A stretch of DNA of 63,169 nt, counting the filler, from Octopus bimaculoides (lineage: Eukaryota): the NCBI RefSeq assembly GCF_001194135.2. It is 4 parts of 4 records of this genome, joined end to end, with 100 filler letters (N's around TTAATTAATTAA, not from the genome) between each part and the next. Parts side by side here need not be neighbours in the genome. Positions count along the whole stretch, not along the records: positions 1 to 26,609 come from NC_068982.1; 3 more parts are not named here. One strand, 5' to 3'. Positions 1 through 10,753 of the stretch are shown one piece after another. The notes below the pieces were generated by a model. The model did not search any database. It saw only the letters and a list, made by a program, of their open reading frames with translations, and was not told the origin of the DNA. Made by a program: the position numbers and the translations under genes. How positions within the stretch are numbered: position 1 is the stretch's first letter; the number at the start of each line of letters is the position of its first letter.

Positions 1-269
1 TATATGATTCCTCTGAACTCATTTTTGTTTGAAATATGCAAATTACCTAGGCAATAAATGTGTTTCTACTCTTTTTTTGTGTAATTCTAAGTCCCTCAAT
101 TATTGGATATAAGATCGGAGAATTGTCGTGCTAAACACATGTCCATAACTGTCAACTTATCTCCAAATCATATGAAATGAAAGATGTAGTTATTAATATT
201 TACTAGAAAAATTAATTTTCGGATGGAAATATAAAATTTTACAAGAAAACTTTCACATAGCCAACAGTT

Positions 270-310
270 ATCAGACTGATGACGGCTGCAAGCCGAGATT
301 TCGGTGTGAT
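270..310 (+). ncRNA. Degenerate hammerhead-ribozyme-like motif
   Basis: CTGATGA at 276-282, perfect hairpin CGGCT-gca-AGCCG (283-295), GAGA in place of GAAA, and ATCA(270-273)/TGAT(307-310) pairing. The cleavage triplet and stem I are imperfect. Confidence 0.35.
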
Positions 311-1181
311 TGCCAACCTTTTCCTTGTATAAAATATTCCTCCACTAAAAGGTACTGAGTAATCCTTCAGTTTAATATCGAAACAAACATTACTATGTGC
401 GTATCCATACATATATATAAATACATGTAGACATTTACGCATAATATATATACATATACATAGGGAGAGGGAGGGGTACAGATATAAATAAAGACATACA
501 TATGTACATACATACATACATTTCATAGAATTGTGTAAGCGAATGTAATATTCAGTATGTGTAGATCCGGCATTGCTTTAACCTATTATAACATCACACA
601 GTGATGAGACAGCTGACACAGTTTTGCGGCTTGCATTCAGTTCCCATTCACATACAACTCGAAGCATTATTCCTACATTCTCAGTTCTTTCTTTCTGTAT
701 CAAATGCACGTTTTGTTTTTTGTTTTGTTTTTATTTTTTGTGTTTTTTTTTTTTTACCTGGTAATTACTTAGTATGTCTTTCATGACTAGCATACTTTGA
801 TTAGAAATTGATTTAGTTCCTAATTCTAGCATATCGAGTAATAATGTAGACGTCCCTTACAGAAGAACTGCAGGTAACAAAACACTGAAAAAAAGCATGC
901 TAGTGTATGAACTACAGTTTATATAAGTCATTGTATAATGGATTGCACAGCGTGTCTTTCAGGTCTACTCCTGGTAGATCTACATCTAAAACAATAAATT
1001 TTAGGATTGCATCCGTTCTTCGATCAGCAGCGTAAATACCAGTCGCAGAGCATTTGGATCAAAACAATTAATTGAATCTAAAGAATCATGCGCATCATCC
1101 ACAATTCTATTAACGCATCTACTATTGGAATCAGATATATCCACTCAAAATTTCAATAGCAGTTTTATATACCAATTTATC

Positions 1182-1243
1182 TTCTGTTATGTTTGAAAAT
1201 ATCTTTTGTTGATTCTGTTATGTTTGAAAATATCTTTTGTTGA
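1182..1243. repeat. 31-bp tandem duplication
   Basis: ttctgttatgtttgaaaatatcttttgttga occurs twice, directly adjacent. Confidence 0.95.
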
Positions 1244-1944
1244 AGTACATCAAGTTTACTATGAGATAATGTAACTTTCAGAACATACCAATTTTGTTTT
1301 GGTGGATAATTAACATCGTTACGGGAATAACTATGAAATTAAATTACACAGTTAAAGAGTTAATTGGAACTTGATAACCTAGTTTCATATCATTACGTAC
1401 CACAAGAAAATGTATCCTATACACCTATGCTAATCATATACAATAAGCAATTAAAGCTACCTCACTGCCTACAAATATTATACTTCGCAATGTCTGATAA
1501 TCTGTTATGATAATAAATAATACGTTTGTCAAAAGTTGCCTCGCAAATATTGGTTTTATTTTCCGCGAGAAGATAAAATACCGGCTGCCCCACCATCACA
1601 AACGTTTTCTTTTTTATGTATATTTTGCCTACCGCAAACTTGTATTCATTCTGTGTTTCTCCAACAGATACTACAATTGTCACTGTTTCACTGATGTTGC
1701 TAACTCTATACGACCTCTACATATTCTCATTATCAGCTCGATCGTCTTCCATTCTGGGTGTATTTACTAAATTGTGGCTGAGTCAATCTATTATACACTT
1801 TCCCCTTCACAAAGCTTCCATCTGCTACCAAACAAAGAAATCAATATTATGGTGACATTTTAGCTACATTATATAATTACATTATTCCAGTCTTCTAGTC
1901 TATGTTTGATGTTTTCTTATGATTCATTGCTTTACTATATTTCC

Positions 1945-2020
1945 TTCTTCTTCTTCTTCTTCTTCTTCTTCTTCTTCTTCTTCTTCTTCTTCTTCTTCTT
2001 CTTCTTCTTCTTTTCCTACA

Positions 2021-2051
<31 letters not shown>
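1945..2051. repeat. Compound microsatellite (TTC)n/(TAT)n
   Basis: Read directly from the sequence. Confidence 0.98.
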
Positions 2052-2052
<1 letters not shown>

Positions 2053-2269
2053 CTTTCATATTTCTGATTTATCTCCATGTCACATGAATTATTACTACAC
2101 TACGTGTGTGAGGGGATTGTGCGTGCGTATGTGCACGCATAATTGAAAACACAATAGGAAATAGCTCAAAGAGGATTTTGGCATAATTTTTGGTTATGAA
2201 TTAAGAGGTGAGCTTAATATACCGAATAGCAGGCTCAGTTTGTTCTTAATTATTCGAAATGCACACACG

Positions 2270-2489
2270 TACACATACACGCGCGCACACAGACACACGT
2301 ACACACACAAATACACACGCATACGCACACGCACACACACACACATAGACACACACACAAACACACACACACACACACACACACATGCATGCGAGTCGGT
2401 GAACATATGAAAGACGATTCTATATATCTGAGGATGTAGATGCATTTCTGCATCTACGAAACCTTATGTAATGGTGGGCAGAATCAACA

Positions 2490-2521
<32 letters not shown>

Positions 2522-2608
2522 ATATATATATAATTAATATAAACAACTACGTACAATTTCTCATATAGATAGATAGATACACAGACAGACAGACAGACAG
2601 ACAGAGAC

Positions 2609-2671
<63 letters not shown>
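2270..2671. repeat. Microsatellite cluster (CA)n, (TA)n/(TG)n, (GACA)n/(GATA)n
   Basis: Read directly from the sequence. Confidence 0.97.
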
Positions 2672-2672
<1 letters not shown>

Positions 2673-2849
2673 GTAAGGAGGGACACATCTATGGAGGAGG
2701 AGAGGAAGTGGTGGGATAATTAGTAACGATGATTATGGACATTTGCAATATATCTCAGAGGCGTTCTAAAAAGTAACTTGAAATTCTGCAGATTTTCTCG
2801 TAAACTATATAGTGGATTGAAAAATTTAGATTTACTGATATTATTAATT

Positions 2850-3260
2850 TCAGATTTAGGCACAAGGCCAGAAATTCCGGGGGAAGAGCAAGCTGACTAC
2901 ATCGATCACATTGCTCAATTGGTACTTATTTCATCGAGTTCCAAAAGATGAAAGGCAAAGTCGACCTCGGCGGAATTTGCACTCAGGACGTTAAAACGGA
3001 CGAAATTCATGGCGTGCTAACGAATCTGCTAAGCTCACCGCCTTTTTTAAATTTCCTTTCTACTATAGGCATAAGGTCTGAAATTATGGGGGAGGAGATA
3101 AGTCGATTACATCGACCCCAGTACGTAACTAATACTAGTACTTAATTTATCGCCCCGAAAGGATGAAAGGCAGAGTCGACCTCAGCGGAAGTTGAACTCA
3201 GAACATAGACAGACAAAATGCCCTGCGTGCTATCGAATCTGCCGATGTGGAAGAATAGCC
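2850..3260 (-). mobile_element. Two head-to-tail tRNA-derived SINEs (family 1)
   Basis: On the minus strand: ggcggcgagctggcagaatcgttagc (box A-like), gagttcaaattcc (box B-like), a central gtcgactttgcctttcatcctttcggggtcgataaaataagtacc box, and a tail ending gtagaaagg(att)n. Many similar copies occur in the window. Confidence 0.85.
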
Positions 3261-3347
3261 TTCATCTTTGCTAGCAAATAGCTTTCAATATTTAATACAG
3301 AAAAAAGGAAAAAGGAGATCGCTGGGAATAGAAATTTTAAGGTTTTT

Positions 3348-3725
3348 AGGTGCAGGCATGGCTGTACGGTTAAGAAGCTTACTTTGTAACAAGTGGTTTC
3401 CGGTTATACCCCACAGCGCAGTATCCTTGTTAAGTGTCCTGTACAATGAACAAGAGTGACCAATGCTTTGTGAGTGAAATTTGAAGTCAGAAACTATATT
3501 GAAGCCTGTTGTATGTATATTAATGTATATGTCTCCTACTACCTCTTGAAAAATGGTGTTGTTTGTTTACATCACTGTAACTCAATTGTTCGGCACAAGA
3601 AATCAATAGAATAAGTATTACACTTATAAAATATGTACTGGGGTTTATTTGTTCGATTAATCCCTTCAAGGTGTTGCCCTGGCACTGCCGCAGTCCAATA
3701 ACTGGAACAACAGAGAGAAAGAGAA
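3348..3725 (+). mobile_element. tRNA-derived SINE family 3 (CORE-like box), degenerate
   Basis: The head gcaggcatggctgtacggttaagaagc and the tail match the better-preserved copy at 58866-59275. Confidence 0.75.
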
Positions 3726-3799
3726 AGGTGGTAAACCCTATATCTTAGTAATATAAAGTAAGTTGAAAACATTGGAAATACTTATAACTCAACTATATA

Positions 3800-4015
3800 A
3801 ATGAGTACGTAAATATAAGACCAGCAATTTTGGAGAGGGAGCTAGTCGATGACATTGACCCCAGTATTTAACTGAGGCTTATTCTATCGACTTCGAAAGG
3901 AATGAGAGGCAGAGTCTAACCCGATGGCATTTGAACTCAGAGCGTAAAGTCGGAAGAAATGCGGCTGAGCATTTTGTCCGGTGCGGTAACGATTCTGCCA
4001 ACTCGCCACCTTTGC
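3800..4015 (-). mobile_element. SINE family 1 copy
   Basis: Same head, central box and tail as 2850-3260. Confidence 0.85.
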
Positions 4016-4049
4016 AACGATTTATAATTTAACTAATAAACTTAAAATC

Positions 4050-4344
4050 GTATCAAGACAATTATCCCACTAGGACAATTATCCCACTAGGACAATTATC
4101 CCACTAGGACAATTATCCCACTAGGACAATTATCGTTCTAGGACAATTATCAGACTAGGACAATTACCCGCCCCGTATGACAATTACCCCCAACAACAAC
4201 TACCCACTAGGACAATTATCCTCCTTGGTTAATTATCCCCTCTCCAATATATTAAGAAATTTTAATTATCATCTGTTTTCCTCAGGGGTAATTGTCCTTG
4301 GGGTGTTATTGTCAATGGGGGGGGGGAGTAAATGTCCTAGACTC
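4050..4344. mobile_element. Mutator-like foldback MITE with internal 17-bp subrepeats and a 9-bp TSD
   Basis: CTTAAAATC sits at 4041-4049 and 4345-4353. The ends are imperfect inverted repeats (gtatcaagacaatt / aaatgtcctagactc). gacaattatcccactag occurs 4 times perfectly plus variants on the left, with inverted gtaattgtcct/gttattgtc/aaatgtcctag units on the right. Confidence 0.75.
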
Positions 4345-4359
4345 CTTAAAATCACAAAT

Positions 4360-4800
4360 AGTGCTTCTAATAAAGACACAAGGTATGAAATTTGGGGAAA
4401 GAGGCAAGTCGATTACATCGAACCCAGTACTCAACTGGTACTTATTTTCTTGACCCTAAAAGGATGAAAAGCAGAAATGACCTAGGTAGGATTTGAACTC
4501 AGGGCGTAAAACCCGAAGAAATTCCACTAAGCATTTTGTCTGGAGTGCTAATTATTCTGCTGACAGCTAGCCACCTTAATGATTTCGAATTTTAGCACAA
4601 GTCTAGCAATTTTAGGTGGGGGAAGGGGTTAGTCGGTCGATTACATTGATCCCCAGTGCTCAACTGGTGCTTATTTTATCAACCCTGAAAGGATGAAAGG
4701 CAAAGTTTATCTTGCCAGGATTTGAAATGAGAACGTAAAGAACCGGAAGAGATGCCGTTAAGAATTGTCTGACGTGTAAGCACGTCTAAAATAATTCCCG
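4360..4800 (-). mobile_element. Two tandem SINE family 1 copies
   Basis: Both carry the central box and tRNA-like head. Confidence 0.8.
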
Positions 4801-5050
4801 CTAAAACTGTCTGATAAACAATCTGTAAATAGATGAAATCTTGTGAATAAACTATATCGTCTGCTGAATAACCGATAAAGAGAACGGGGTGGGATTGTAA
4901 CAGCTGCAATAAGAAAACAACAATGCTTTAATGACTTCGGTTTATAAATTACGACTCTTGAGTGAAAGTATGTATGTTTGTACATATAAATGTATGTGTG
5001 TGTACGTGTGTGAGTATAAATATAAATATATATATATACATGTTTGCGTG

Positions 5051-5089
<39 letters not shown>

Positions 5090-5143
5090 CGTATGTGTAT
5101 TTCGTGTGCAAGATTCTTGATGTGGATACGTGTGTTGAAAGAA

Positions 5144-5277
5144 ATACAATTAAACCTTGGGAGAGGCATTATGCCGGTAATAAACACATGCACTGGTTCA
5201 GTCCTTTATTAATAAAGGACTGAACCAGTGCGTGTGTTTATTACCGGCATAATGCCTCTCCCAAGGTTTAATTGTAT
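5144..5277. repeat. 134-bp near-perfect palindrome (67-bp arms, no spacer); possible TA-flanked MITE
   Basis: Centre lies between 5210 and 5211 (gtcctttatt|aataaaggac). One mismatch (acacatgcac vs acacacgcac). Ends read TA-caattaaacc...ggtttaattg-TA. Confidence 0.95.
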
Positions 5278-5304
5278 ATATATATATTTATATATATATA
5301 TATA

Positions 5305-5500
5305 TATTCTTTCGCTCGTTTCAGTCATTGGACTGCGGCCATACTGGGGCACCGCTTTGAAGGATTTTTGTTTAACGAATCAACGACAGTACATCTTCTA
5401 TGACTGATACTTATTATATCAGTTCATGCTGCTGAAATGCTTGGTTATGTTGGTGTAAACAAACCAGCACCGTTGAGAAGCAGTGGGGAGGGGTAAGCAT
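5305..5500 (-). mobile_element. 3' part of SINE family 3
   Basis: gtttcagtcattggactgcggccatactggggcaccgc matches 58866-59000 and 30296-30480. Confidence 0.7.
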
Positions 5501-5514
5501 AAACACAAAGACAC

Positions 5515-5516
5515 AC

Positions 5517-5559
<43 letters not shown>

Positions 5560-5564
5560 TAGAC

Positions 5565-5600
<36 letters not shown>

Positions 5601-5702
5601 GTCAGTTCTCCGGATGTGTTTGTGTGTCTGTGTGATATGTGTATATGTGTGTGCCTGTGTCTGTGTCTGTGTGATGTGTGCGAACGTGTGTGTGTGTGTG
5701 AA

Positions 5703-5758
<56 letters not shown>

Positions 5759-5785
5759 CGTGTGCGCGCACACGCGTGTATGTAT
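5515..5785. repeat. (GACA)n/(GATA)n/(TG)n microsatellite block
   Basis: Read directly from the sequence. Confidence 0.97.
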
Positions 5786-5829
5786 AAAGGTTTAGCGATA
5801 AAGTGAGTTGTTAAAGGAGATGCCAGTAA

Positions 5830-6020
5830 GATAATCCTTTCTACTACAGAAATTTGAGGGGGTGCGGAGGGGTTAATAGATTACGTCCATCCCAGTGTTC
5901 AACTAGTACTTATTTAATCGACCTCCCAAAAGATGAAAGGTGAAGTCGACCTCGGACGAAAATGAGCTCAGAATACAGAGTCAGACGAAATGCCGCTAAG
6001 TATTTTGTCCCACGTACAAG
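5830..6020 (-). mobile_element. SINE family 1 copy
   Basis: Tail cctttctacta, central box and head are present. Confidence 0.8.
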
Positions 6021-6690
6021 TGATTGGTAAAGAAATAGATTCAGAAAGACAGGTCAGTCGGAGTTTTATGGTGGGTGTTTATACCCGGGCTGTCGTTTGT
6101 GAACTCTGTTCGCTCTTTTATGTATTTCTATCAGGATTTTTGTTAAACTGTATGAGTAAAAGGATTCCGACTAATTGGTGCGAGAGAGTGTACCTTTGTG
6201 CTCATATAATTTGCAGGTAGGCTAGGTATGTGTTACGGTATATTGCTAAGCTAGTGTGTTAATATATGCGCGTACATGTGTTTGTTTTGGCTCGTACGCG
6301 CTATTAGTTTTCTAGTCAATGTTGATGCCGGTGTGCGCGTGTCTATGGGTACGTGTGTGTGTGAGTATGTGTGTGTCTACGTGAGAGTGCGTATGTGCAC
6401 ACGTGTGCGCATGTGTCAGCACGCGCGCTCACGTGTGTGCATATGTTCGCGCACAAGCCCGTGTCGAGATGCCGGTGTAGTTCTATATTGTTATTTTACG
6501 TGATTTTTCTTTTTAAGTTTGCTCGCATGCGTGTTTGTGAATAAATACTGGAAAATGGGTTGGTATGTATGTGTATAAGAATGCATGCATTTGAGTGTAC
6601 CGCATTCTGAGGTGGGCATGTGAGAGTATGGATGCTTGTGATGTGTTTATCAGCGTGTCGTGTTGTGTGTTGTCTGTATCTGTGTATATG

Positions 6691-6725
<35 letters not shown>

Positions 6726-6951
6726 CTGTGTGTGTGTACTTAGCGAGTGTATTTAATGCGTGCATATACATGTATGCATGCTTATCTGTGCATTTGAGAT
6801 TATTTGTGGGTNNNNNNNNNNNNNNNNNNNNNNNNNNNNNNNNNNNNNNNNNNNNNNNNNNNNNNNNNNNNNNNNNNNNNNNNNNNNNNNNNNNNNNNNN
6901 NNNNNNNNNNNNNNNNNNNNNNNNNNNNNNNNNNNNNNNNNNNNNNNNNNN

Positions 6952-7222
6952 CCCTTAACGTAGTTCTCGGGGATATTCAGTGTGACACAGTGTGACAAGG
7001 CTGACCCTTTGAATTACAGGCACAACAGAAACAGGAAGTAAGAGTGAGAGAAAGTTGTGGTGAAAGAGTACAGCAGGGTTCGCCACCATCCCCTGCCGGA
7101 GCCTCGTGGAGCTTTAGGTGTTTTCGCACAATAAACACTCACAACGCCCGGTCTGGGAATCGAAACCGCGATCCTATGACCGCGAGTCCGCTGCCCTAAC
7201 CACTGGGCCACTGTGCCTCCAC
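6952..7222 (-). mobile_element. tRNA-derived SINE family 2; 3' part lost in gap
   Basis: Head gtggcccagtggttagggcagcggactcgcggtcataggatcgcggtttcgattccc. Closely matches 57430-57700. Confidence 0.9.
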
Positions 7223-7249
7223 ACGCTGGCCAATACTCTCCTGAAAAGC

Positions 7250-7400
7250 ACTAGTCCATCGCAAGATTATCATTTACAGCTGAGAAGACTGGGGCAACGT
7301 GAAATAAAGTGTTTTGCTCAAGAACACAATGCATCGCCATCTGGGAATCGAAGACACGATTTTGCAATTGTGAGTGCAGCACCCAAGCCACTGGACCACA
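7250..7400 (-). mobile_element. tRNA/CORE-like SINE fragment
   Basis: Minus strand reads gtggtccagtggcttgggtgctgcactc, ttcgattccc, then ttgagcaaaacactttatttcacg. Confidence 0.65.
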
Positions 7401-8269
7401 TATGCATTGTATATACATACATACATATTTATGTATATGAAGCTCTATATGTTCATCCGGGGATGTTATCGGAGAGAAAAGAAATCTGTTGATAAATCGG
7501 TGCATTGAACCTAGCTACGATGTTGTATTTATTCTTCCCGAGTTATAGAAACTATTTTGTCACACACGCCATCAAATATTCAGGGAACTAGTAACAGGTG
7601 CAGTAAAATAACCGTTACTGTTCACAAAGGAATGAAGTAAAAATAATGGCGTTTTGTGTGCGAGCAGATGTCTCAATAATCAGCGTCTATGATAAGAATA
7701 GGTTATTATAGTAGCAGATACAAATGTGTATACATTTGTATGAGTTGTGTATATCAGTGTGTTTCTCTGTGCGCGGGAAGTGCGCATGGGAGGTGTGCGC
7801 AGGAGATGTGCGCAGCAGGTGTACGCGGGTGGTGTGCGTGAGTGAGTGTACGTACGCACGCGCGTTTATATTTTCTATACTGTATAGAGAATAGAAACGA
7901 GGTGAAGGAAAAAAATTAGAGATAGAACCGGGGGTGGGTGTCGTATAGATAATTTTCCCGCTTTAACTTCCATGATATATGAATCACTTACATGAATACG
8001 TGACCAGAAATGGTGAATTGTACCAAGTCCAGTACTTGGCTAGTACTATATTTATCGATGTTAGAAGGACGAAAAGTGAAGTTGACCATGGAAGGGTTTG
8101 AACTAGTAATGCTAAAAGGTGGAACTAATACTGTAAGAAAATTTTACTCTAACGATTCTATCACTTACGAACTTGTTGTTTCGAAATTAGATACAACGTC
8201 ATCAAGATTTTAGATGAGGTTACTACTCATTTACATCAAACTCAGTATTCTAATGGAGTTCTGTTTTAT

Positions 8270-9125
8270 CGACTCGGGAACTTTCTCATCACCCGATACG
8301 CGGTTTCAATATGTGCATATTGACATCGTCGGATCTCTGTTATCGTCTCAAAATTGCACACACCTCTCACTTGTGCGCATCGCTTTTTTTATGGCCTGTA
8401 GCCCTCCCTCCTTGAGATACCACTGCAAAAATGATAGCAAAAGCTCTACTTCAACATTGGGTTGCAAGTTTTGACACACCTTCTATCATTACAACAGACA
8501 AAGGACATCAGTTCGAATCCATTCTTCTTGGAATTGACACACCTCTTAAGCTGTAAAGGACCACCTATATAACTGCTTACCATCCTGCAGCCAACTGCAT
8601 GGTGGAACAGTTCCACCGACGGCTGAAATCTACTCTTAGAGAGCTAATCACAACAAAAGCAAAATAGAAACGTTACGACTGGTCAAAGAATACAATAATA
8701 AAAAAAAGGCACTAAGTCCTTCCGCAATAACTAAGTAAAATTAGAAATTTCCAACTATTGTTAAAGAAGAAATTGATACTCCGGCACGACATTTACTTTA
8801 CCTGGAAAAATGATCACTCCCGTTGCTCTTTACGACTGCCTAGACTCTGCAAACTGCATTCATCGCACGCAGGACTACAGTCAAGTTTACTAACTATTGC
8901 TCCACGTTCTCAAAATGTCACCACCAATTATCCATCTGATATTCAAGAAATAGACTCATGTATTTGTGCTGACGATGCTATTCGACCTCCACTTCAGCCA
9001 CTCTATTTGAGACCTTTCAAAGTTCTCAGTAGAACGACGAAGTATTTCGTCCTGAATAATATTCATAGAAAAGACTCAGTCAGCATCGATCGTCTAAAGA
9101 ATGCTCAACTCGAGCCTAAAGCATC
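8270..9125 (+). mobile_element. Ty3/Gypsy LTR-retrotransposon integrase remnant (frameshifted)
   Basis: Translates to RFQYVHIDIVGSL, TPSIITTDKGHQFES, TAYHPAANCMVEQFHRRLKSTL (DDE core) and RPPLQPLYLRPFKVLSRT...SVSIDRLK (GPY/F-like module). No LTRs recognised. Confidence 0.9.
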
Positions 9126-9501
9126 AACCCCATCACCTGATGTGACATCAGCACATTCTTCAACTGATAGCTCCACGTCTGCTCTAGTGACGACAAGCAA
9201 TTGCATTGGCCTTCTCGCTTTGTGCAGTACAGTGCATAGCATAAAAAAGAAAAGAAAATAGAGAATTTTCAGTGAGTGCTACACAGAATTTACATGTATA
9301 TACCTAAACACATAAATGTGCTTTACACACATACATCTGAACGCGTATCCATCGCACACACTATAACATGCACAACAGAGAATTAGACGCTTAAAAACAC
9401 ATTCATTGCTTGCAGCATGCATAAAATCATTATGGATAGAGGATGTCAGCCTAATTCAGCCGCTTATGTTCCTAAGCGCGGAAATATCGGAATAGACTCA
9501 C

Positions 9502-9784
9502 AATACCCAATCACTGGTATTCATTTCAAATGCATATATTGAAATGCACAAATGCACATGAATATGCAACAACCGATCCACTGGTAGAGTCAGACAGAGA
9601 GGAGAAGCATTACAAGGTTCATTTTATCTTGTTACATTCTTCATCAAAATCTCTAATGATATGTCCGTCAAATAAAAAAAATAATTTCGATTCTTACACA
9701 CATCTGTTAGTGAAGTAGTCTTAGAACGCTTCAGATTTTTATTGTTTCCATTAGTTTTCTTAACTGCTACCCACTTTTGATTGC
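9502..9784 (-). CDS. Candidate two-exon fragment (9784-9698, 9580-9502), product unknown
   Basis: Acceptors atcctgtacag and ctcctctctgtctgactctaccag; donors GTAAGA and GTGAGT; phases compatible; reads GNQKWVAVKKTNGNNKNLKRSKTTSLTDV-LDRLLHIHVHLCISIYAFEMNTSDWV. No family recognised and chance is not excluded. Confidence 0.22.
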
Positions 9785-9914
9785 CTGTACAGGATGATAA
9801 TGCATATAAATGAATATATATTATCAAGAACATACCGGTTTCATCTTTTCAGTTATTTTACCTTAATTATTCATTTCTTTCTCTTTTGAGATGGTAAATC
9901 ATGACTTTAGAGAG

Positions 9915-10030
9915 AAAGTTGACTCTTACTTCCAGCAGGTCGAGATTCACCACAGAGCCCACATCATCAGCTTGTGCAAATCTTAAAATAATCTTTGAGC
10001 CTGAGAAAGTTTCAATCCTGTGTGATGTGC
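9915..10030 (+). mobile_element. Possible Gypsy pol fragment (region upstream of integrase)
   Basis: LKIIFEPEKVSILCDV resembles the 'ILCDVS' segment of Gypsy pol proteins. The match is short. Confidence 0.3.
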
Positions 10031-10693
10031 GTGCGTGTGTGTGTTGTGCGCGCGAGCACGCGGGTGCATGCGTGTGTATGTGTGTTCAAGCGTTCGAGCA
10101 TGTGTCAGCTTTTGTACCAAGGTGTATAGCAGTGTGTGGTTGTATATAAGATAGCCTGTGTATCTGTGCATCCGTATATGTTTGTGTGTAAGGAAAAGAG
10201 TTTCCGTTTGCATTATTTTAAATAATCAATCGACGCGATATTTATTTATTTCCAGCTTTTGAGTCTTTTTTCTTAACATTTTTTACAAGCTGGAGAAGTG
10301 TTTTCTGTCCATTTTAAAATATTACAATAATAATAAGATTTATAAAGGAAAAAAATAGAAAAACATTGTTTCCAAATTTCTCAATAGTTACATCATAAAT
10401 AATACTTACAACTAAACAGAAATACATACGTTTATATTCATACAAAGAATATAAAGATAAATATATTCCCACATACGTACATTCGAACATACATGCATAC
10501 ATACATACATACATACATACATAGTACGTATGTATGTGTATGTATATATATATGTATGAACGTCTATACGTATATACAGAAACAGAGAGAGGAAGGTTGG
10601 ATGGATATAAACGAGAGGGATATGAAATGCGTTTATAGGCGAGTGATTGTGATGCATACATATATGTGTACGCGCCCGCACACACACACACAC

Positions 10694-10753
<60 letters not shown>

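Noticed and set aside
759-856. Resemblance of TSTLLLDMLELGTKSISNQSMLVMKDILSNYQ to beta-adaptin
   Set aside because: Neighbouring segments do not continue the adaptin sequence in order or phase, so no gene symbol is supportable.
4057-4220. 17-bp array as a CRISPR
   Set aside because: No unique spacers, eukaryotic context, no cas genes; explained as foldback-element subrepeats.
6952-7222. tRNA genes at SINE heads (also 57600-57703 and family 1 heads)
   Set aside because: Box A/B-like motifs are present but no complete cloverleaf or acceptor stem, and they continue into SINE bodies.
9750-9784. VAVKK as protein kinase subdomain II
   Set aside because: No glycine-rich loop, alphaC glutamate, or HRD/DFG motifs nearby.
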